This document shows, piece by piece, positions 43,237 through 63,514 of a stretch of DNA of 64,000 nt. This DNA is from the human T2T-CHM13v2.0 reference genome, Homo sapiens. The DNA lies in assembly GCF_009914755.1 (NCBI RefSeq), contig NC_060925.1; one strand, given 5' to 3'. The translations under genes and the position numbers were made by a program. The notes under the pieces were generated by a model, which did no database searches, was not told the origin of the DNA, and worked only from the letters and a program-made list of their open reading frames with translations. Every line of letters begins with the position of its first letter. Positions within the stretch are counted from its first letter, which is position 1.

Positions 43237-44859
43237 TCATTCTTACCAACTTTTAAATTTGTTTAGAAATTTTTGCTTTGCTTTCTGCAGTGTGTTAATC
43301 TTAACAGGAAGTAAATATTTTGTTAATTATGAAAGCACAAGGTATTCTGAAGTCAGTGGGTCAAATTGACTGAATAAGGTTCCTCTGGGAGAGTACTGAG
43401 AGGAAGCCAGAATGGTGGGAGCCATATTGTGAATAACCTTGGTTGACTAAGCCAGGCTAAGGAATTTGAGCATTAGGAGTGTCAGCGGTAGCCCTGAGGT
43501 TTTTTGAGCAAGGGGGGTTACACTGAAATATGTTTTTGGAAAGACCAATCTCATGCTAAGCGTGAACTAAAGGAGTAAAGAAGCTGAGATTGGAGAGATA
43601 ATTTAGGCTATTGGTCAATGGAAAAATGTTCTTAATATCAAAGTTGAATTTTTATGGAAAGAAAAAGTTTGGGTGTTTTTGTCTGATTGCACTTATATAA
43701 TTGGAAGGAAGTTCTCTCTGTTGACCTAAATATTGTTTTTAGATTTATCAATTTTTGACCGTAAGTTAATGTGATATTGTAGTCCTATGGTAGTCAAAAT
43801 GGGTAAATAATGGATTTTTCATACCAAATATTACTGTTTATATTTAAAAACTACCTCATTTTGTTTTCCTAAATATTTCCATGCATTTTTATACTTACTA
43901 TACTTTTGAATATATTTGTTTTAACACATGATGGTTTTATTTGGTTTCCTAGTACCTTTTCTGTGAAGATGAAAGTTTTTTTAGGTCATGCCAACTAAAC
44001 TTGACAGGTTGTCTTTGGAATTGAGTGTGTTTGGTTACTAGCAGCGTCACATAATAGTGGAGCGTTTATGAAATAGAGTCAAATCTCCTTCAGTTGGACT
44101 TCATTGATTTAGAATAATTGTCCCCCAGTAAAGTACCCTTCTGTTTATTGGAGAAATGCCTTTCCTGTCTTTGCTCAGATTGTTACCCTGTGTACCTTAC
44201 ATTATTTTCCTCAATGAGTTTTGCATTCCTGTATTAACTGATTCTCCAACACTTACTTGGCTTTTTTATTTTCACATGGAAACATGACTCCATTTTTTTT
44301 TTCCCTCCACTGCCTTTCAGCAGTCAAATTTTACCAGAAAAATCTTACTAGTTAGTTCCTGGATTTAAATTGTGTATTGGGTAACTTTTCACTAGAGAAC
44401 TCAAGATACATTCTGAGTTAGAAGTAGCTTAGTTGTACATAGCCTGAGACTTTCATGGAAAGTTATTCTAAAATAAGTAAAAGGAAATTTGAAATGGGTT
44501 ATTAAGATGCCTTTCTTAAGCCTTTTTCAAGTTAATGGATTTTTCAGTAGAGACATCAGAAGTGTGTGTGTATATGCATGTGAGTGTGTGTATCATTTTT
44601 CTAGGCTCCTTGATGTCCTAGTCCTTAAGACTAATGAAGCCCAGAAGCTTCCATTAAGTCATTGGTTAACTCTTCAAATAGATTTTTTTAGATGTGATTG
44701 GTAACAAGTCTGTATTATAATTTATTTTATGGAATGACCATGGGAAGAATCACTTTATCTCCTTGTTTATATTCTTATTTGTACCAGAGGAAGCCCTCTT
44801 CTCTATTATATGTGGTAATTTTAAAAGTTTGTAGGTGTGTGTTTTAAAGAGATGTAGGC

Positions 44860-45210
<351 letters not shown>

Positions 45211-46659
45211 TAAGATAAGAAATTTTGTGTGGTTTTAATAAATTTGGGGGCTTGTTCACATAATAATCATACTGTAGGTTGAAAATATTTTTTAAATTTA
45301 CCTAAAAGGTGATGTTAACCTGAATTAGTAAAAATACTAAATTACAGAAAATACACAATGTATGAGTAGAAGAATTTAAAGAGTCAATGAAATTTGATCA
45401 CAAATGCTGTTATAATGAAAATTTCATATAACAAAAGATTGAGGACCAAAAATTTGATGAATTATTTAGTAGAGAAAGTATTAAAAGGCAGAATCTTCTA
45501 GAGTATTCTATAGAACTTGGTATAATAGAATTTGATCAGAAAAGAGTTGAAGATTGTCTTACTTTAAAAGAAAAAAAATAAGTGGTACTAATATTTTCAC
45601 CTTATATTAGGGTAGTTCTTTGTTTATAAGATACCCTGATCTCTTCCCTGTGAGGCAGTCATACTGAGTGCAGTCTGGTGGTTGCCAAGCACTGAGTTTG
45701 GCAGCATAGATAGTAATGGCCAGAGTTCAGGTGAACCACTTTGTTTTTTTTTAATCATGCTGTAACTATTCTCAAGTGGCTAATCCCAGGCTTTTCTCTC
45801 TGATTTCTCTCTCCATGCCTGCAAATGGAGCCAGAGAGAAGGACTAGCTTTCAGGTTTAGTGAGGATTGACTCAGATTACCACCACAGGGAAGATGATAG
45901 GATTCTATTACATCCCCAGGCCCAGCAGGAGACCCTGTTTTGTAGGTTTACCAGAAGTGACTAGGGAGTTCATTCCTGACGGGGTTGTCTGTGTTGTCAT
46001 TTTGACATGCTAGTGTAAAATAAATGCCTGAAATCATTTGAATTCTCATTTTATGAAGTATGATGCATACATTCAGAAAATAGGCATAGGGTTAGTTTTC
46101 TTGCCACGCCCCCCCCTCCCCCGCCCCCTCACCACTCCAGCCTTTTTGGAACACATTTCGGTGTTCTGATTTGGACCTATGCTCCAAAATACCTTACTGG
46201 AGGGCTGAGGGAAAAAAGTGACAAGCTGAAAAGGTAATTCAACAGAATTCTTATGTTCTTATATTTTGAGGCATTATGAATGGATCAAGATAAATACGCT
46301 ATACAACACACGGTCCCCACTCTCAGATAATTTATAGCCTAGTATGAGACACAAGTGTAGACATAAATGCATAATGGAAAGCAAAAAACTCTTAAGTGTG
46401 ATATCAATATAAAAATTCTAGAGGCATATAGAGGTAGGAAGGGTGAAGAGTAGAGAATTGGTAGTATGGAGGGCAAATTTTTTAAAAAATAGGCATTTTC
46501 TACAAAAAAATAAGATTCCCCCAAATGTAGTAGTTCCTCATTGACTTTATTCTACAAATATTATTGTACGATGATAATTATTTTGTCACAGTCACAGTGC
46601 TGGATTCTAAGGGTTCAAAGAGAAAGAGTACATCCACCTGCAAAGAATTTGTAGTCCAG

Positions 46660-46985
<326 letters not shown>

Positions 46986-47084
46986 GTGCAATTCAGTTTA
47001 GGGTTACAGATGTTAGTAAGTAGCTACAATGAAGAAACTACAATAGAAATGTATAGAAAGTATGGTGAGAACTCAGAAGTTTTT

Positions 47085-47300
47085 ATTTTTTTAATTGATA
47101 AATAAGATTGTATTTATCATGTACAGCGTGATGTTTTGAAGTATAAATACATTGCAGAATGACCAAATTTAGCTGATAAACATGCATTACCTCACATGGT
47201 TATCATTTTTGTGGTGAGAACACTTACCCACTTTCTTGGTATTTTTCAAGAATACAATGTATTGTGATTAACAATAGTCACCATGTTGTATAATAGCTCT
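47085..47300 (-). mobile_element. L1MA-type 3' end fragment
   Basis: CATGCATTACCTCACAT..TTATCATTTTTGTGGTGAGAACACTTA...ATAGTCACCATGTTGTATAATAG. Confidence 0.7.
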
Positions 47301-47911
47301 CTCAGAAGCTGTTTTTAAATAATGTTTCTCCCTAAAATTGGGTTTTGGAAATTTTGTGTTAAACATGAAAGGATGAAGCAGTTTTAGATCCTTGATTTTT
47401 AACTATTTACTGCTTTTGGTCGATAAGAACCCTTGAATCAGATGCTACAAGTTTATGTTTGGTCTTTGAGAGATTGACCTGCTTTTCTTAATGATGTCAT
47501 TTCATTGATTTGTTGTACTTTTTATTAAGGCAAAATAGTAATTTGTTTAGCTGATCACCTTTATTTTTATAATTTATTTGAATTCTTTTTGTTGCCATCA
47601 TTTATTGGGTCTGATCATGTTGTAATAGAAGAACAAGATTTGTAAGGATTTTCTCGTCTACAAAATGAGACTTGTTATGAGAATCAAATGAGAAAATGCG
47701 AAACCCACCTTTATGTATAAACATCTTGTATTTATTAAGCAGAGTTGATTGAACAAAGAATAGGGTGGATTGGTGTTTTATTTAGGAAAAAAATCAGGGC
47801 AGCTTTAGACCAGACAGACACACATACTGTGTTACTTTGGGAAAGTGTTTGTGGTGGGCCATTTTCAGTAATGAGTCGATTATGAAATAGATAACTTTTT
47901 AAGCATCTGGA

Positions 47912-47917
<6 letters not shown>

Positions 47918-47946
<29 letters not shown>
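47918..47946. repeat. (TG)n microsatellite
   Basis: About 14 TG units. Confidence 0.95.
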
Positions 47947-47950
<4 letters not shown>

Positions 47951-50169
47951 CTTAAATCTTGATAATAATCTTTTAAGTTAAATCATGAGAATGACAGACT
48001 TTGGGACTTTCTAACATAGTTTTTTTTTCTTTCCTTAAGAGAATAATATAATTGAAATTCTTGCATCGGCTGTTGAGTTATAAGAAATGTTTTGTAAGCT
48101 TTGTTATTAACCAGACACACCTTAAGCTTGGTAGTTGGACACATAACATCTGAATTGTAAGCTTTCTCTGGAACATTTTGAAAAGTGAACACAAACCAAG
48201 ACTGCAGCAAAATAAGTAAGGATCAGGAAAATTTCTACTATGGAATGTGGAGGGAAATAATATGTGAAAAAGTAAATTCTTTCCATTGGCTTCTAAAGCT
48301 TTGCATTTCTCCCTAGCTTGTAGGGCCTTTTACTTTCTTTTGATAGGATCCTTGCTACTACCCAGTGGAAGTCTTCAAGCACATATCTGTGGTGTTATTG
48401 TTCTTTCAGCAGTTCAGTGGAAGTTCCAGGCAAGCTCCTGCTTCAAGCAAAACAATTTTTCTTTTTTTCTAAACCTTAAGAAGGCTGTTTTACTTCAGTA
48501 TTTTACATGATACTGTAACCCAGGGATTGCTATTCTAGTTGGAACTCATAATTTCATTTTGACTGTTGCTCAGGCTGGTCTTGAACTCCTTGTTGTAAGT
48601 GATCCTCCTGACTTGGTCTCTCCCAAAGTGCTGGGATTACAGGTGTGAGCCACTGTCAATTCCTTTTTGAAACTGTGACTTTCCTTATGTTCATGAGATT
48701 AATCATGCATTTATGACTGCTTCAAATTATCTGAGCCTATTATTACTTCCATGCTATTTTGAAGTCTTTTAGCCCCATTCTTACTTCTGAGTTCTATTGT
48801 TTAATTTCCAACCATCTTTAGAACATTTCCATTTAATTGTATTAGCCAGTCTCCCAAATTTCCCATTTTGTTTGTAGCATTACTAGTCTTCTGAACTTAA
48901 AACCCTAGAGTCATCCTGAAAGTTCTTTATCCCTTTTACCAAGTCTGTTGTAAAGTCATGCATCTTACTGTGCAGTCTTTTTCATTTTTTAGGCCTTACC
49001 CATTTTTACTGTCACCTTTTTCTAGTGAATTTCAACTTGTATGTAAATTATTTCAATAGCCTTTGAATTGGATCTCCTTTATCTAGGTTTTCCCTCTAAT
49101 CCATCTCGTACAAAGTGGCCAGATTAGTTTAACTAAAATAGCATTTGTTTTGTTGTCTTTGTGCCAAAGATCACACACTTTTCCTTCATTACTACTAAAA
49201 TCACGTTCAGGTTTGGGTACTGGAAAGGGATCATTTTACCAATCCACTTGATCTCCCACTGCTTTTTCAGACCATCTCCTTCTGAAAGTAGGTACCGAGC
49301 AGTCCTCTGCACATACCATGTCTGTGCTTTTCTCTTTATCTTTGTAAATGATCTGGACCATAGTCGTGGTTTCACTGCCTCGCAGTCTATCCAGATCTCT
49401 CGGGAATTGTTCTGAAAGCTTCCCTGATTCTCCAAGACTGTGTCAGCTTCTCGTTTCTTAACAACAAAAGTTTCCTTGTAGGTATTTTTCATCTTTTCTC
49501 AACTAGATTATAAGCTTTTTGAAAACAGAGAGTCTACCTGTTCTACTTTTGTATTTGTGCTTTGCAGTTTTGGGGCAGATACGGTAAACACTGATTATTA
49601 AATAAGAAACTCAATTAGTGCGTTAATACGGTAGAGACATATATTCCAAGTTGGCTTTAACTTTTGAAATGTTTCTTTCACCTGCTAATTTATTAAATTC
49701 AATTGAAATCAGTAGGTTGGCCTTCACTTTTATTCCATAAATTTGGCCATTTTGGTAAATTTATCTTCTATTGGAAAATCGTTGCTTCCTAGATTTAGAA
49801 GTTTCTTAAAATGTTTGTAATTTGAATGTGATTCCAAGAAACTAGTCAAAATGTGAATCTGTGTTTCTGGAAACAACCAACCAGTGATTTTCACCTCCTT
49901 GTTTGTTTGCCAGATAAAAGCATTTGAAAGTCAACATAGACTTCCTTTTAAGATGTTGGAAGAGTGATCTCTTGAGTATTTGAATTCAGATGAGAAAACA
50001 TTCAGTAATGTGATTATAACTACAACACTTCACGCTTCAAGAAGGACTCTTAGATCTGAAGGTCTAGAAGACAACTGAAAGGCTGTTATGTAAGATAAAT
50101 CAAAAAGATCTTCATTTTCAATTTGGAGTAGCTGTGTACAAATAAGCTGTATGAAGAGTCTCTACTTTA

Positions 50170-51393
<1,224 letters not shown>

Positions 51394-51908
51394 TGGAGTT
51401 TCATTTCTTTTTTGACATTTTGTTGTTATGGGATCCCTTTTAAAAATCTTTGCAGGGTATTGAATATTTTCTACATTTTCCTGCATTTTTTTAAATTAAA
51501 AAAAATCTTTTTAAGAGGTTTTTTAATTCCTTTCTTCAAAACCAGAAGACAAAAAAGACTGCCTCGTTGCCCTTTTGTCCTGGTTAACCTATTGAGTACG
51601 CAAGTCAGGGGTAAGAAATCCGTCTTTTTTTGTGAATCAAAGCACCATTGATTCACACACAAAAATCAGTCAAGAGCTACCTGTAGCTTAAATTAGTGAG
51701 TTTATTGTATGACATGTATTATAGTTGGAAAAGAAGGGAAATGAGAGGAATAGGAAAGATAAAGTAATTCAGGCTTAGGCTAGCTTCAAAGTGTGTGTTT
51801 TTTGTTTTGTCGGTTTTTTGCTGTTTTTATCTAAGTTTTTAGTGGTGAGATACCTTCATGACAAGAGACTGTCACTTTTATTTTTGCCAAGTCAGAAACA
51901 TAATTTGA

Positions 51909-52625
<717 letters not shown>

Positions 52626-53973
52626 TAGGCTGGTCTTGAACTCCTGACCTCAAGTGATCTGCCTGCCTCAGCCTCCCAAAGTGCTGGGATTACAGGCCTG
52701 AGCCACTGCACCCGGCTCTACAAAATATTTTTTATGAATAAAGCCAGAATTTACTAAGAGTGAATATATCTGATTTTAAGTTTATAGTAGAGTTTAAAAT
52801 GTAGGACCTATATTTTCAAGATAAGTTTGCAGATTGGATTTAGTAACCCGATCGTCTCTTCATGATTGTATGCCTTTTTCCAAGGGCTGTAAATAGGTAT
52901 ACCTTGGGCCTTGTCTGAGAAGCATAACCTTCTTGAACCTAAAGGACCCTTCAGACGAGAGCTTAGTAAAATAAGTTTAGAATGAGATTCTATTCTACCT
53001 TCATAACAGAGCATGTATCTTCTAGCAACACATTCTAATATCATTGTCAGAAATAATTTCTTATATCTAAGTATCTTTTTATTCTCTTTGTTGTTCCCTT
53101 CTAACTCAAATGGTGGAATAATCAATCTGCTTTCTTATTGGGGTACGTATTTTAAAATAAACTTTAATGAAGCTTGTCTGAGTTTATCTAGATCATTGGG
53201 AGGTGGTATTTTATGTCTTCCAAAGATCACACTCATTTTCCTATAGTGTACCAGGTGACTAGAAGCTTAAGAGCATCATAGCATCTGTCTTGATGATAGA
53301 TTTTGGAAGAGTTCAGAAGACAATCTATTCTTTATCAGATTGAATTTTCAAGCTTTGATTCTTTTCTTGAAGTTACTTCTACATATTAATCAGTGAGGAA
53401 AATTTCTTAACAAAGCTTATTATGTAGCATGAAGTAGAAGATTCAAGATCTTGCCTGCCTTTCTCTGTGTTACCACAAGTGTGTGTTTATCTACAGTACT
53501 TGGCACACACACACACACAGTGTCTTATTGTGTGTTCTTTAGTTTTATTTAGGAAGCACTGGCATATTTAACTGTACTAGTGTCTACTGTGTATAGTAAA
53601 TGAAACTTCTTTGGAGACTGAGTCTTTTAATTATACTCCTTGCTTTGAAGAGAAGGAGATAATTTTTCATTAAAATTAGAAAGTTAAACGGATATTAAGT
53701 TGATGCTGAATTGCAATGCCAGATTCTAGAGTCTATGTCAGCTCCATTTTCAGTCTAGCAGCCGTTAGTAAAAGACACTCGGAATCCATTTTCCCCCATC
53801 CAGACTATTAATATTAAATAAGACTGACAGCAAGGATTTAGTGATTAGAAATACTATGTACTTTGTTCCACTGCCTTTCAACAAGAATCAACATGTAAAG
53901 TTGAAACTTCCTGACCAGAATTTGGAAGACTATGATGTAATTCCCTGGGCCTTGATTCCAGAAGAAGGAGCTC

Positions 53974-54041
53974 TCTGAATATGGGTTTACTAGTTGGTGG
54001 TGAATTCATGAGTCGCCAACTATTAGGCCTTTATGTCCAGA
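53974..54041 (+). ncRNA. MIR3115: MIR3115 precursor hairpin
   Basis: 68-nt fold-back TCTGAATATGGGTTTACTAGTTGGTG...CGCCAACTATTAGGCCTTTATGTCCAGA; 5' arm ATATGGGTTTACTAGTTGGT (53979-53998) recognised as miR-3115. Confidence 0.85.
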
Positions 54042-54095
54042 TATTATCCTAATTTATGGAGTAAGGTCCCTGAGTTCTCCTCTTTCCTTCCACAG

Positions 54096-54155
54096 GGCAA
54101 GCAGGAGGACTTCAAGACGACAGTTCTGGAGGGTATGGAGACGGCCAAGCATCAG
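54096..54155 (+). CDS. KDM1A: KDM1A alternative exon 2a (60 nt, phase 1-1)
   Basis: TCTTTCCTTCCACAG|GGCAA...ATCAG|GTGAGG; encodes GQAGGLQDDSSGGYGDGQAS. Confidence 0.95.
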
Positions 54156-57100
54156 GTGAGGGTGGCATTAGATGCTTGCCACTTAGTAGCAAGAGCCGCC
54201 AAGTAGGAATTGATGCTTGCAAGTGTTTTTGGCTGTGGTATCCACATTTTAGCCAGAAGCGCAGGTGAAATTTAACCCACAGGACATAATAGTATAGTAG
54301 GAGAGAGTGTAGTGAGAACAAAGGCAAGCAAAACCTTTTGAAGTCCTCAGGCCGATCTCAGCCCTCCACTCTTTGTGTTTTCGAGGAGATGGCGGGTACT
54401 TTTCTCCCCAGCAGCCTTTCTATTAATAGTAAACATGATATAGAACATAGACTTAGGAATCATGGGACCCTTAAAGAGAAATACAGCAGTATACACAGAG
54501 AGGAAAAGTCACAGGCTCAAAAGTCTAAAAGCAAAAACAAACGGGACTGAGAGGCATTCTAGGACTAGTCAGAGGAACTATGTGGGCAAGTGACATCTTT
54601 TTAAAAATGGTTGTTACAGGGTATTGGGTACCTTTTTTCAGTTAACATTACGTAGTTAATCATTCTTCAGTTTAAACATTTTGTTTCTCATGTGAAAAAT
54701 GTCTTTTGAAAAGTCTGAAATACTTTTTTCTGTTCAGACCAAACAGTATGAGATTTTTACTTCTAGGAAAAAGTAAAGAATTTCTAGGGGCCACCATCTG
54801 GAACAGTTAAAATTTATCCCAGCAATCCAAAATAACGTATCTGGATTTCATCCTTTGTCTCTTGAAGGATGTTTTTGTTCCAGTTGCTCAAAGCTGGTTT
54901 ATAGATACGTTTTGATAGAATTGGAATAGGCACTACTTCACTTTTGGAGGTTGTCACTTTTCAACTGTCTTAAGTCTACTTTAAAATTATTTGTTTTGCA
55001 GTTTGCATATAACAGGTCCTGGGACTGTTTCTATTTCACTCTCTTGAACTAAAGGTAGTTCATTGTTAATACAGCAATTAGTAATAAGGGGATCCAGAAT
55101 GTTAGGAGCAGACTTTTAAAAATGCTGTCCCAAGGATTGCAGGTTGATAATCAGTACATGGTTATCTTAGCAGAATTAAACCCTGTTCAGAGTCTAGATC
55201 TGTGGCATATAAACCTTGAAGAATGCTTTTCATCAAATGACGCACAATTAGATCTTCCATGGAACTGTTGAAGATCAGGGATGGCCTTTAGAGTTCTAAT
55301 CTTGAAGAAAGAAGTTGAGTTTTCTTGTTTTTTGTTTCTGTTTTTTTTTTGTGTGTGACTATTTGCTCTTTTGCATTAAGTAAACAATATCATATATTGC
55401 TGAAAGTGAAAGCAGACTTTCATATAAAAGTGTGCTGCTGATTACTGTTAGTAGAACATGAATTTTAAGTGTTTCCAGGAATGATGGTGACTGTTGTAAA
55501 ACCTTCAAGATCTCTCTTCCAATCTTTGTCACGTTCAGAAGCATGCATTTGTGAAATGATCAATCAGGGTTAGAAATGTGCTTGTAAGAGATCAACATTC
55601 TTCTCTTAATGAAGCCAGATGACCCTCATGGGTATCTTGGTGCCAGGATCATATCTTGACTTCTTAAAACCCACCTCAAGTTGGTGTACACATCCTAAAT
55701 CTTAGAGCTAGAAGAGAACTTGAGGTCATCTTGTCTAACTTCCTGCCTTCAAACAGTATTTTATCTCCCTTATTTTATGGATTAGGATCTGAAACCCAAA
55801 GAAGTTAAATAGATTGACCAGCAATACACCAGCAGTTCTGGAGAAGGAGAACCCAGGGATCTTGCTTCTTAGTGCAAAGACTATTCCTTACACCCTTAGA
55901 ATCCTTTAAAATAGTGTTTACCCTAGAAATTAAAAACTCTGAAGTATAGGAGGTTGTACAATTCTCTTTTCGTTTTCTCTCTCCTCCCCCTATTCCTTAT
56001 TCCTTTTATTTTAAAACATTCTAGGACTTGATATGATACATCTCTAGTTTTCTCATTTTAAGTAAAGTCTTTAATATGTAGATCACCTCAGGCTTTTATT
56101 TTCACGCTAGAAATCTAGTTATAGTTATCTACTTGATATAAAAAATTAAAGGCAAGTAACTCTCATGGAGGCCTTCTTTTCTTTGTTAATTTTTATATCT
56201 CTATTACCTTACTGCAGTCAAGATGCTACCTATATCTTACACGAATCAAGAGGAAGTGATTTAATGGAATAGAGGACCTGTCATCTCACCTGCCTCTCCC
56301 GCTTTTTCTACTTCTAATTAACCTACTTCAAAAGGTCTAAATTATTCCTTCAAATATTTAACTACATTTATTATGTATTCAGAGAAAGTATAAGCCAGTC
56401 AGACCATTAGAAAGGGCAGTTCTGCTTTAGAGTGACTGCATTCTGAAAGGTGATGCTGGAATTTCCTGTATAAAGGTGGTGAGCAGGAAGGAACTGAACA
56501 GAAAGTAAGACTGGTATTTAGGCAACTTGGAGCTTTTTAATAATTTTTGAATGTTTCAAAGACAACGTTTTGGAAACATTCTAAATTTTCAGAATACCAG
56601 ATTCCATTACTTAATGGAAAACGCAAACACCAGAGTACAAAACTATCAGAGCCAAGTGTAAATTACTTCTGAATTAATGTGTACTGTTGGTACTTTTAGG
56701 ATGTTATTAAAATCATTTGTATTCTAAAAGATTTTTCCTCTGAAAGAGATAGGTACTCATGAGTTAGATTATCCAAAATGGTGTCTATTACTTCATTTTG
56801 GTACTATCCTATAAGAAGGATGTTTTGATTTAGCTTCTCAACAGTTTAGGTTACAAATTAACATACATTTTTTTTTTCTTTAAGAAAAGGTTAGCTTTTT
56901 ATCTTGCAGGCTTTTCACCCTGGTTTTGATAATGGTCTTCATTCCTTAAAATAAGTATCCCTAAACACCAAAGGGAAGGAAATAATTATTGAGAGTTTTT
57001 AGAGACCATTTTTCATTTTTAAAAATGATATCAGAGTATTGAGAATAGCTAGTTTTCTTAGATGCTGTTTAGAAGATAGAGATGGAGAAGAATATTATTC

Positions 57101-57288
57101 CAAGCATACATTAATGTCACCACATTTAGTTTCTTTAAATGCCTTTGTTTAAACTTCTGATGTTTGATTTAAAAATACTTTGAAACTGCTGGATGACATA
57201 TAAATAACATTTCTTAATCATTACATATTCTCAAAAATTCCCCAAATTAGCCAACTACATTAGAGTGATTTTTGATAAGAACATCTGA

Positions 57289-59369
<2,081 letters not shown>

Positions 59370-59971
59370 GAGAAGAACGTATTTTACTTGCAGTGTATAG
59401 TGTATGTATGCACTATATGTATATGTGTTATAGATTATACATAGTAATATTAGTAGTATATAGTAAAGCATTTCTAATGTTTCTGCCAGCAAATGTAAAT
59501 TCCTTGCATTCTTCTGTCTTATTGTTGTCTGCTTAATTTCTCTCACTGCTTGCCAGCGTTGAATTATGATTACTAATGGATGATACTGTTGATGGGATTG
59601 TGATTTTCTGCTGTTGATTATTAAAGTCATCTTTCTGTTTCATGCTGTAATCCTAAAAGAAGGCATGTGATTGTGTTTTTCGCTCCACAGCTTCTTTTGC
59701 TTTCCTGTTAGTGCATTTTCCTTTATTCTGGTTCTTTAGTTTTAAATTTTATTGTACACCTGTCAGTAGTGCTAATTTTAATTAGATCATCTAATATGAT
59801 AAAGTTATTTTATGGACAAAGAAACTATTTTAAATGCTTTGTCTTATAAGGTAGTTGTTTCACTCAGTAAAGTATAAACTTTGGAATGTTAAGCTCAAAT
59901 AAGTGGCTAATATCTAAGGAAGTTTCAGCTTTTGAGACAATTGAAAATTTTTTAAAAAGGTCAGTCTGTGA

Positions 59972-60319
<348 letters not shown>

Positions 60320-60468
60320 TAACCTTTGTTAATAGTTATTTTTCATTTGGGTATTTAAAAAATGTATATATAATTTTTGTTTTCATAAAATTGAGATCCT
60401 TCTTGGATACATTCTTTTGGATCCCTTTTATACTTCACAACCTCATAAATACACATTAAGAATATTTA

Positions 60469-60882
<414 letters not shown>

Positions 60883-62309
60883 TTAACTTCAGTGTCTGCA
60901 TAATATTTTGTCTGACAGTTGGGTTATAATTTGACTGCTGGACATTTGTTGCCGATTTTGCTTTATTATAATTAACTCTGGACAGTCTTATGCATTCTTG
61001 ACTCTACCTATTATTTCCTTATGATAGAATTATAGAAGGAAAACTACGTTGTCAAAGGGTTATGAACACTTTTAAATGTTTTGGACATATTGCCAGATTG
61101 CTTCCCAGAAAGGCTGAACCAGTCAACCCCTCCCCTCCGCATTGCCCTGCCCATTTTTATTAAAACAGTGATAATCTATGCTCCTATAATTGGCCAAAAC
61201 CATCTCAGTTCTTTTTCATTTCTTGGATTACTGACTGCTTTTCACATTAGTCATTTGTATTTCTTCTGTAAATTTTTCTTTCATATCTTTTATTCATCAG
61301 GAATTCTTATTTAGCCAGAGAGTAAATGGATGAGGGAAAGGTGCTATTCAGAACATGCTCATGTTACTCTAGGGTGGTACAACGCAGAAGAAATTAACCT
61401 TGTGATTCAGCTAACTTGAATATGAATATAGCTCAGAGATGTCATTGATATGTCTGCTTTTTAGCCACCACCAGCTTCTTTGTTTTGGCTATTAGATTGC
61501 AAAACCACTGCTTAATTTCGATTGTTAAAGCAATTGATAGGTTATCCTGGGTTTTTGTAAAACAGAAAAGAACAGTGAAGAAAAGATGGTGAGTTTTTTA
61601 AAAAGTGAACAGAAAATTCTTAGTGTGTAGTCGCTGATTTGTCTTATAATTGAATCAGTTTCTGTGTATAGCATATCAACATTTGCTCTAAGTGGATTTT
61701 TTTTTAGACAAAATTGTCATTTTTTTGTTTGTTTGTTTTATCTGAAGAGAGTTTTCACTTTTTACTTAGATTTGAGCGATGGATTTACAGGGATCTCTGT
61801 CTTCTCTGATTCACCAAAAATCCAGATTTGGGGAAGGGTTTCCCGATGTTAGATTTGTGGTCTCTGGCTGTGAAACAGAATGTAAATCAACCTCTACTGC
61901 AAGAATTTTATCAGTTCTCTAGTCTTAAACTATAATACTTTAAAACTGCAACTTTAGGATTATTGAACTAGACTGTGACCTAAGTGTTATTTTGTAGGAG
62001 GAGGAGGAGGAAGACTTGTGTTGGGAGTGAGGAACTTGGGCCCAGTGTGTACTTGAGGAAATCCATTTACCTTACAGTGGCCACAGAGTAGAGTATCTGT
62101 GTGGATTTGGTCATAATCCCTTAGTAATTTGGTTTATTTACATATAGCCAAATTAATTTCTTCTTGGTTGAAAGTTGTCTTATAGAGCAGTCTTTATTAA
62201 TTTTTAGCTAAGACTTAAATATAGTAGTGTTTAGTTTGTCATGCATTTTGCAAGTATATACTCACTTTGAAGAGAATTCATTTTAGAGCCCATTGATTGT
62301 ACCATATGT

Positions 62310-62820
62310 TTTTTTATGTCTCATCTGTTTTTTCAGCAGTATTTGAAATAATTGACTGCTCCTTTCTTCTGAAACACAGTACTTCCTTGGATTTGATAAC
62401 TCAGTATCTGGTTTTTCTCCTGCCTCTCTGGGTGTCTTCTCTGATTGCTTTGTAAGATGATCCTTAACAATTGGCCATTATGTGGACTATTTGGAGTTCC
62501 TTCTCCTCTTGCCCTATTTTTTCCTCTAGGAACCCTTCTCAATGCATTTGACTTCAGTTATTACCCATAAGCAGATGACTCCAGACCTTCTCTCTCTTCT
62601 GAGCTCCAGACCCTATATCCATCTATTTTATATTTCTTCTTGTTATCTTGGAGCTAAACTCATTATCTTATTTCTTCTTTCAGTGATTCCATTCAGTGTC
62701 TGGCGTACCAACTCGCTTAGTTGTACCAAAATGGAGATGTTGTCCTTGACACCTTTCTCCCCAACCTCGACATATCTAGTTGATCATTAGATTTTTGTGG
62801 ATTTTATCCACTTAGTATCT
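62310..62820. mobile_element. L2-like remnant
   Basis: CAGCAGTATTTGA...CTTCTTCTGAAACAC...CAGATGACTCC...TCTTCTGAGCTCCAGACC. Confidence 0.6.
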
Positions 62821-63044
62821 CTGGAGTCATATAACCCAGGTTTGAATGCTAGTTGCTCCCTTCTAGCTCTATGGATTTGGCAAGTTACTAGGTGGTTTTC
62901 TCTTTTAGGCTAAATAACCCCAGCTTCTTCAGTAATTTACTTATTTGATATGGCTTTGTGTTCATCAGTTTCTTTTTCAGGAGTATAACGTCACTGTTTT
63001 AATTAAAGGAAAGCCCATGTTTGGGGCCTTAAAGTTAAAAGGAT

Positions 63045-63354
<310 letters not shown>

Positions 63355-63424
63355 TAAAAGATGATTTTAAAGATGGTCAAATAACATATGTCTATTTGTA
63401 TGTAATACAATTTATGTCATTTAA

Positions 63425-63514
<90 letters not shown>

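Noticed and set aside
54175-54256. Small hairpins downstream of the exon-2a donor
   Set aside because: Stems of only ~5-8 bp, not distinguishable from chance without conservation data
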